Assembly: GCF_028641065.1 (NCBI RefSeq)
Contig: NC_073404.1
Span: forward strand, 22,630,001 to 22,694,000
DNA length: 64,000 nucleotides
Direction: 5' to 3'
From: Leucoraja erinacea
Lineage: Eukaryota
A program made the translations under genes and the position numbers. The notes below the pieces were generated by a model. That model had not been told where the DNA came from. It saw only the letters and a list, made by a program, of their open reading frames with translations, and ran no database searches. Shown here in pieces: positions 59,401 to 64,000 of this stretch. How positions within the stretch are numbered: position 1 is the stretch's first letter; the number at the start of each line of letters is the position of its first letter.

Positions 59401-59915
59401 GTCATCTGATGAATGGTATTGATCAGCAAAGTTTACAGATGAAAGGATATGAAATAGTATGGCTGGAACTCAAATGACCTTGGGGCTTGGATATAAGCAG
59501 CCCTGCTTGAATAAGCCTAATTGTTCCAAAGTTAGATGTGTGCGGTAGTTCACGTGAATATGATGCCGACACTCGGTTTAAACCAGCATCTGCAGTTCCT
59601 TCCTACACACTCTAATTTTGGATCTGAGATTTGTCATCTGAATGAGCTCAGTTTTAAATTTCAACAATTCACTATTTATATTTTCCAGCTGAGGAAGAAA
59701 AACCAAGGAAGAAAAAGAATGTTTTTATCATTTGTTGTGCTTGGTTCTGTGGCATTAGCTCAGAGCCAGTGCCCGAACCAACAGCAGAGGAGAAGGCAGA
59801 AGCTATGAGGAAAATGACTGACATAAGTGAAGGAACCATCTGGAGCAGAGTGGTTAACATCAATGTCATTATTATGATGTGTGTTGCTGTCTTTCTGTGG
59901 GGCTATTATGCTTAA
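35321..59915 (+). CDS. SLC5A2: Sodium/glucose cotransporter, SGLT2-like (SLC5A1/SLC5A2 group); 15 coding exons, 2028 nt, 675 aa
   Basis: Exons 123,72,105,60,105,106,81,230,136,108,151,169,216,139,227 nt, all GT-AG and in phase; SGLT2-type motifs [58 protein letters not shown]. The family call is firm; strict orthology to SLC5A2 is uncertain. Confidence 0.85.
35950..36168. mobile_element. Penelope-derived palindromic hammerhead element with TSD
   Basis: Near-perfect inverted arms around cccttcagtctgaagaaggg; TSD cctagttcagt at 35937-35947 and 36167-36177. Confidence 0.88.
36283..36480. mobile_element. Older Penelope-derived palindromic repeat
   Basis: cagatgctgg..ggaactcagc..gacgttttgggtcgggaccctt..gctgagttcctccagcac. 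Confidence 0.7.
36540..37370. repeat. Highly degenerate minisatellite (CAGTTCCACTGCCCCTTACTGGG-like, about 25 bp)
   Basis: ttccac(t/a) followed by tactg/attggg recurring many times at about 25-30 bp spacing. Confidence 0.65.
37405..37573 (+). mobile_element. Penelope 3' terminal repeat
   Basis: ccacatcagtctgaataagggtctcaaccggaaatgtcgcctattccttcgctccatagatgctgcc. Confidence 0.8.
39037..39243. mobile_element. Penelope-derived palindromic hammerhead element with 15-bp TSD
   Basis: TSD agtgtttactacaag at 39022-39036 and 39244-39258. Confidence 0.9.
39300..39630. repeat. Unclassified repeat, inverted partner of 44800-45140
   Basis: Collinear reverse-complement matches, e.g. ttagtttattgactggaacag/ctgttccagtcaataaactaa and catttcagaatattccat/atggaatattctgaaatg. 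Confidence 0.85.
39762..39796 (-). ncRNA. Putative minimal hammerhead ribozyme core in a Penelope terminal repeat (copy about 39663-39796)
   Basis: Minus strand reads AGU-CUGAAGA-A-GGGUCUCAACCC-GAAAC-GUC-ACCC: conserved core, stem II and GUC cleavage triplet. Confidence 0.65.
40217..40288 (+). CDS. SLC5A2: SLC5A exon 2 ([24 protein letters not shown])
   Basis: 72 nt, tttag| ... |gtaagc. Confidence 0.93.
40769..40873 (+). CDS. SLC5A2: SLC5A exon 3 ([20 protein letters not shown]...GFEWN)
   Basis: 105 nt, GT-AG. Confidence 0.95.
41224..41769 (+). mobile_element. Penelope-like 3' fragment (GIY-YIG endonuclease remnant plus hammerhead terminal repeat)
   Basis: [31 protein letters not shown]; probable TSD ctgaagaagttc / ctgaataagttc at 41212 and 41770. 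Confidence 0.88.
42628..42687 (+). CDS. SLC5A2: SLC5A exon 4 ([20 protein letters not shown])
   Basis: 60 nt, GT-AG. Confidence 0.95.
42860..43090 (+). mobile_element. CR1 LINE 3' tail
   Basis: agagggcatagatttaaagtgagaggggcaaagtttaaagga...gggccaaagggcctg. Confidence 0.7.
43508..43612 (+). CDS. SLC5A2: SLC5A exon 5 ([22 protein letters not shown]...TKIS)
   Basis: 105 nt, GT-AG. Confidence 0.95.
43840..43945 (+). CDS. SLC5A2: SLC5A exon 6 ([19 protein letters not shown]...YTVS)
   Basis: 106 nt, GT-AG. Confidence 0.95.
44800..45140. repeat. Unclassified repeat, inverted partner of 39300-39630
   Basis: Also aattaaaattcctca/tgaggaattttaatt, gacctttgac/gtcaaaggtc and tttagcttac/gtaagctaaa. Confidence 0.85.
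46063..46143 (+). CDS. SLC5A2: SLC5A exon 7 ([26 protein letters not shown])
   Basis: 81 nt, GT-AG. Confidence 0.95.
46785..47000 (-). mobile_element. CR1 LINE 3' tail
   Basis: cataggagcaggattaggcca...gccattcgatcgtggctgatctattttccctctcaacccc; a plus-strand copy lies at about 47885-48025. Confidence 0.75.
48106..48335 (+). CDS. SLC5A2: SLC5A exon 8 (FHEVGGY...[24 protein letters not shown])
   Basis: 230 nt, GT-AG. Confidence 0.95.
49025..49160 (+). CDS. SLC5A2: SLC5A exon 9 ([19 protein letters not shown]...ISRILYP)
   Basis: 136 nt, GT-AG. Confidence 0.95.
49581..49688 (+). CDS. SLC5A2: SLC5A exon 10 ([35 protein letters not shown])
   Basis: 108 nt, GT-AG. Confidence 0.95.
50377..50612. 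mobile_element. Penelope-derived palindrome with a locally templated spacer
   Basis: Inverted arms gacacaaaatgctggagtaactca..catctctgg / ccagagatgctgcc..tgagttactccagcattttgtgtc; the spacer copies 50229-50305. Confidence 0.8.
51435..51632. mobile_element. Penelope-derived palindromic repeat
   Basis: aggtctgaagaaaggtctc core flanked by cagcatctctggaga / tctccagagatgctg arms. Confidence 0.8.
51730..51880 (+). CDS. SLC5A2: SLC5A exon 11 ([33 protein letters not shown]...MIVG)
   Basis: 151 nt, GT-AG. Confidence 0.95.
52290..52651 (+). mobile_element. LINE 3' UTR with (AAAT)n tail
   Basis: ggggtgagatttaataag..cttctcactccttttcgagc stem-loop-like motif, ending in (aaat)n. Confidence 0.55.
52723..52891 (+). 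CDS. SLC5A2: SLC5A exon 12 (IWILCIV...[16 protein letters not shown]...RINEP)
   Basis: 169 nt, GT-AG. Confidence 0.95.
53948..54150 (+). mobile_element. V-SINE (HE1-like), internally deleted
   Basis: ctgtgtgaagtttgcacgttctccctgtgagcacgtgggt..ctccggtttcctcccac V-domain-like sequence. Confidence 0.75.
54771..54986 (+). CDS. SLC5A2: SLC5A exon 13 ([10 protein letters not shown]...CTPKIEEKH)
   Basis: 216 nt, GT-AG. Confidence 0.95.
55141..55388. mobile_element. Penelope-derived palindromic element with two opposed hammerhead cores and 12-bp TSD
   Basis: TSD aatataattctg at 55129-55140 and 55389-55400; intact plus-strand core ctgaaga-a-gggtctcaaccc-gaaac-gtc at 55262-55289. Confidence 0.88.
57301..57439 (+). 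CDS. SLC5A2: SLC5A exon 14 ([19 protein letters not shown]...HPVIT)
   Basis: 139 nt, ttcag| ... cag|gtagt, phase 0-1. Confidence 0.9.
57890..59030 (-). mobile_element. CR1 LINE RT 3' fragment (degraded)
   Basis: ITKFDDDTK (FADDTK remnant), [14 protein letters not shown]. Confidence 0.8.
59689..59915 (+). CDS. SLC5A2: SLC5A exon 15 (EEEKPRKK...WFCG...DISE...VFLWGYYA stop)
   Basis: 227 nt, ttccag acceptor, TAA at 59913-59915. Confidence 0.95.
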
Positions 59916-60229
59916 TAAAATATTATTTTAAAACTGCTTTATCTTAATTCAATTTATTGTTGCCTAATAGGTTTTAACAAGCCTTTTGTTTTTGTTAATC
60001 TATCTGGTTAGCTTTTTGGATAGATTGGATAGTTGGCCTAATACCTTCATTATCCCCTTTCAAAGGTTGTTAATCTTGTGAAGATTAACAATCGCACATG
60101 CTATCATGATCTACAGCTACTCACAATACATACCTTTACTTGTGGAGGATGGATAAAAACATAGAAGTACAAAAAGGAAAAATCCAAACATTGAAGGTAC
60201 AAGAAGCAGATGCTGGTTTACTTTGTACC

Positions 60230-60512
60230 TCTTGACTTAAAGCTATGCCCTCTCTAGGATCCGATATTTCCATCAAGGGGAAAAGATACTGACTGTCTAC
60301 CCTATCTCCGCCTCTCATAATATTATATACTTCTAGCAGTTCTCCTCTCAACCACCGAGAAAACAACCCATGTCTATCCAACCTCCCCCTGTAGCAGAAA
60401 CTCTCCAAGCAGCATTCTGGCAAACCTCCTCTGCATCCTCTCCAACGCCTCTACATGCTTCCTGTAATGGGGCAAGCAGAACTGCGCACAATACTCCAAA
60501 TGCAGCCTAAGC
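60230..60512 (-). mobile_element. CR1 LINE fragment
   Basis: LRGELLEVYNIMRGGDRVDSQYLFP. Confidence 0.75.
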
Positions 60513-61199
60513 AATAGAGCTTTGGCCTTGACATATTGGGTTTGAGCCTTGACCTTTGTTGTCCTTCCATCTATGTTCAGATCAACTGTTAGACTATGTA
60601 GCTAACACTGAATAAGGCATCTAAAATAAATGACAACATAAGAACCCTTTTCATAAAACAGTATTTCCAAACTACTTTAGTTGCTCTTTTGCTGAATATC
60701 AGTTCATATAATTTCTTGGCTCACTGATCGAAATGGTTTTCCAGATTTAACGTTATCAAAATCGGTCATGTCATCTAATCTGCTTTAACTCTGGGACACT
60801 GCCATGTCCTCATTAATGTAACGTCACTGGGACCGGGTACAAGTTAAGATACGGAAAACAGAATGTTGGAATGAAGTAAATGGGAAGCAATGGTCACCAG
60901 GGGAGTAGGGAGCAGAATCTTTTTATTTCATAGCGCTTTAAATGTGTGATTCTTGTTTGTTTTTTTAGTTTGTAAAGAAAATATATTGCTAATTTTATTT
61001 TTAATATTATTTTCATTTTGAATACATTAAGTAGGAGTTCATGAATGTGTGAAAGACCGAGTTGGTTGGCAGTCTCATAACTTCCAATGCCTTTCTGGGG
61101 GTGCAGTGCAGGCAGCTATTTATGCTGGGAGAGAGCTTACACTGAGCTGGGGTTCAGTGAGCTGGCGTTCAGCCTCTCGGAGGAAAACTGTGTCCAAAC

Positions 61200-61247
61200 C
61201 AAAGATTCTAGAGGAGATCCTCTAGAGTAGATCCTCTAGTATATTTG
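61200..61247. mobile_element. 48-bp hairpin insertion (CAAAGATTCTAGAGGA...TCCTCTAGTATATTTG) with 8-bp TSD GTCCAAAC
   Basis: TSD at 61192-61199 and 61248-61255. Confidence 0.7.
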
Positions 61248-61282
61248 GTCCAAACCACAGTGGAAGGAACATCAAGATTAAA

Positions 61283-61465
61283 TTACACAAAATGCTGGAG
61301 GAACTCAGCGGGCCAGGCTGGAGGATATGGACAGGTGACGCATCCATGGGTAGGTGAAGACACGTCACCTATCCACATTCTCCAGAGATGCTGCCGGGCC
61401 CACTGAGTTACCCCAGCACTTTGTGTCCTTTTATGTAAAGCAGTATCTGCAGTTTCTTATTTCTA
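61283..61465. mobile_element. Penelope-derived palindromic repeat (older)
   Basis: acacaaaatgctggaggaactcagcgggcc / gggcccactgagttaccccagcactttgtgt arms. Confidence 0.7.
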
Positions 61466-61507
61466 CAGCATGATCCGAGGAATGTGGGGTAGTGATCTGT
61501 CACTGTA

Positions 61508-62247
61508 TAGGGTGATTTCACTAAAGGTCACTGGAGCGTAGATCCGCACCCACGTGACCAAAATTCTCAAGTGGAGGACACTCGAGGGTTCGGTACATGT
61601 TAGTGGATGGGAAAAAACACATTTTCCCACCCGTTAAAAACATAGAAAACGTCGAGGTTGTGAGCTGCAATTTACTGTGCCAGTCGGGGTGACCGTGAGG
61701 CACAGCTACCTAGATTTACAGGGGAAAAAAAAGATAGCAAGTAAGGTAAATTCAAGAGGGAACTGAAGGTGCCAAACCGGTGATAATGAACAGCCGACAT
61801 TTGCCGTGGATATTTACAGGTCCAAAATATCAGGAATTATCACGTTTGCTCGCTGAATTTATCAAAAGTAAGTTAATAATGCCTTACTTTTGATGAAATT
61901 CAGCGAGCAAACGTGATAATTCCCGATATTTTGGACCTGTAAATATCCACGGCAAATGTCGGCTGTTCATTTCCGGCGGTTTGGCACCTTCAGTTCCCTC
62001 TTGAATTTACCTTACTTGCTATCTTTTTTTTCCCTGTAAATCTAGGTAGCTGTGCCTCACGGTCACCCCGACTGGCACAGTAAATTGCAGCTCACAACCT
62101 CGCCGTTTTCTATGTTTTTAACGGGTGGGAAAATGCGTTTTTTCCCATCCACTAACATGTACCGAACCCTCGAGTGTCCTCCACTTGAGAATTTTGGTCA
62201 CGTGGGTGCGGATATACGCTCCAGTGACCTTTAGTGAAATCACCCTA
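61508..62247. mobile_element. 740-bp foldback (palindromic) Tc1/mariner-type MITE, TA TSD
   Basis: ta|tagggtgatttcactaaaggtcactggagcg ... cgctccagtgacctttagtgaaatcacccta|ta; near-identical arms of about 365 bp with a 10-nt loop at 61873-61882. Confidence 0.92.
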
Positions 62248-62539
62248 TACTGCATAAAATACAAACATCCTGTCGACCTGGTTAACAAAAATCGGGTTTG
62301 ATAATATTGTCAGTGCATTGTATTTTTCAACTCTATAGACTAGAGTTTTGCATTTTTCCCAGTTTTTAAGAAGGCTGCATTACCGAAATTGTTTGAAAGT
62401 GATTGATATTGAATGGTGGGGGCCCCACTACACGATGAAATGTGAGGCGATGACGTTGCCCTTTTAATTAACCATTTGAGACCGGGCGCTAGTCTCTGGG
62501 GGAAGTCTTCCATTAATTGCAGACTGCAGCGCTTTGCAC

Positions 62540-62569
62540 CAAAGATCCTGCTCTGCTATAGGATCTTTG
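62540..62569. mobile_element. 30-bp hairpin insertion (CAAAGATCCT...AGGATCTTTG) with perfect 8-bp TSD CTTTGCAC
   Basis: TSD at 62532-62539 and 62570-62577. Confidence 0.78.
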
Positions 62570-62734
62570 CTTTGCACCGGTCGCTCTGCTGGAGCGGCGA
62601 TCCTCGGACCGCCGGAGGAGGCAATCGCAGCACATTTGGATCCTGCAATTGGAGGTGAATGTCAGGCGGGCGGCGTGACGCAGCGCATCCCGGGGGTAAG
62701 TGGCGTTGAAGAGGCCCGACACGTAGCGCTCAGT

Positions 62735-62940
62735 TACACAGAAAAGCTGGAGAAACTCAGCGGGTGCAGCAGCATCTATGGAGCGAAGGAAATAGGCAAC
62801 GTTTCGGGCCGAAACCCTTGGTTTCGGCCCGAAACGTTGCCTATTTCCTTCGCTCCATAGATGCTGCTGCACCCGCTGAGTTTCTCCAGCTTTTCTGTGT
62901 AACCTTCGATTCTCCAGCATCTGCAGTTCCCTCTTAAACA
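62735..62940. mobile_element. Very young Penelope-derived palindrome with 14-bp TSD
   Basis: TSD acgtagcgctcagt at 62721-62734 and 62941-62954; arms of about 80 bp that look identical by eye, CpGs intact. Confidence 0.92.
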
Positions 62941-63279
62941 ACGTAGCGCTCAGTGCCGGCTGAATGAAATCAGGATGTAAACTGATACAATGTATTCCCC
63001 TCCCCGGGTACTGGCTCCGGGCGGCACCACCGCCACGACTGGCGGCTGCCCGCAGCCCTAGGTCTAATGCATGTCTGGCTGCCCCGTGTCCTTGTTTGCA
63101 CCGAGTGACTGACTGTTTCTAAAACCCCTTGAGTTTCTCCAACACTTGTGTCTACCTTCGAGTTTCCAGCATCTGCAGTTCCTTCTGAAACATTGTAGCG
63201 AGTTCCCCAACTCCCTACCCCAGGGGAACGGAGGTGCTCAAATCTCACCCTTCCGACCCAATGATTATTGCTTCCGACT

Positions 63280-63365
63280 GCTCCATTGATGCATTTCGTT
63301 GTCTCTGTACTGTACACTGACAATGACAATTAAAATTGAATCTGAATCTGAATCTGAATCTGAAC
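63280..63365 (+). mobile_element. LINE 3' end with (GAATCT)n tail (Rex1/RTE-like)
   Basis: gcatttcgttgtctctgtactgtacactgacaatgacaattaaaattgaatctgaatctgaatct. Confidence 0.6.
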
Positions 63366-63559
63366 CGGCTCCCACCTAGGAAGTGATCTCATTTTAAAAT
63401 CACTTTGAGACTCAAGAATCAAGATCCTGTTTAATGATCACATATCCCGAAAATGGAACAATGAAATTCTTTACTTGTAGCACGCAACAGGTTTGTAAAC
63501 ATATTGAATATTGATAATGTATAAAAACAAAAATAATAATAATACACACAATACTACAG

Positions 63560-64000
63560 AGACCATCGCGTAAAAGAAGGGGCCCTTCGGCCCAAATGTC
63601 TGTGCCGAACATGATGCCAAGACCATAACTTATCTAGCAATTTTCAGGGACCCGGACTATAGGTTCCACAGTCGATCTGCCATTTTTCACAATTCCTTCT
63701 CTCCAGCGATGCTGCATCACCCGCTGAGTTACTCCAGCATTTTGTGTCTACCTTCGATTTAAACCAGCATCTGCAGTTCTTTCTTCCCCATGAATTATCT
63801 ACCTGCACCGTGCACATAACCCATATTCCTCCATTCCTTGCATATCCACATGCCTATCCAAAAGTGTTTTAAATACCATTAACGTATCTGCTTCAACCAC
63901 CAACCCGTTCCAGGCACTGATCACCTTTTCCATAAAACAAACTTGCCCTGCACATCTCTTTTAAACTTTGTCCCTCTCACCTTAAAGCTATGCCCTCTAG
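63560..64000 (-). mobile_element. CR1 3' tail interrupted by a Penelope terminal repeat (about 63690-63790)
   Basis: ggcccttcggccc...ttatcta|insert|ttatctacctgcac...ctcaccttaaagctatgccctctag. Confidence 0.7.

Noticed and set aside
61521-62234. Two near-identical 60-aa ORFs on opposite strands
   Set aside because: Artefact of the palindromic MITE arms; non-ATG starts and no homology I recognise
35937-62954. Recurrent palindromic repeats as CRISPR- or REP-like arrays
   Set aside because: Dispersed rather than regularly spaced, flanked by TSDs, linked to GIY-YIG fragments, and in a spliced eukaryotic locus

Overview
Eukaryotic (vertebrate) genomic DNA. The repeat repertoire (HE1/V-SINE-like and Deu-domain SINEs, abundant CR1 LINEs and Penelope-like elements) suggests a cartilaginous fish, probably a skate or ray; this is inference. 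I reconstructed two complete, divergently transcribed protein-coding genes by hand with GT-AG sites and consistent phases. TBL2 lies on the minus strand (7 coding exons, 28444 to 17341, 444 aa). An SGLT2-like sodium/glucose cotransporter (SLC5A1/SLC5A2 group) lies on the plus strand (15 coding exons, 35321 to 59915, 675 aa). The rest is a dense transposon landscape: a near-intact L1 ORF2 3' fragment, a Gypsy gag remnant, a full-length IR/DR Tc1 element, Harbinger and Tigger MITEs, a 740-bp foldback element, a non-autonomous Helitron, many CR1/L2 pieces, minisatellites and one assembly gap. The most notable observations are: (1) about 20 copies of a Penelope-derived terminal repeat carrying a minimal hammerhead-ribozyme core, many inserted as short protein-free palindromes with 11-15 bp target-site duplications; (2) three 30-48 bp CAAAGATC-terminated hairpins with 8-bp TSDs that resemble P-element excision footprints, one with its empty site present in the window; (3) the SGLT gene sits beside TBL2, keeps the 15-exon layout and has Phe at the gate position equivalent to SGLT1 Y290, so it may be a distinct paralogue; (4) a diverged inverted repeat pair brackets exons 2-6 of that gene. 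No prokaryotic features, CRISPR arrays, rRNA or real tRNA genes were seen.
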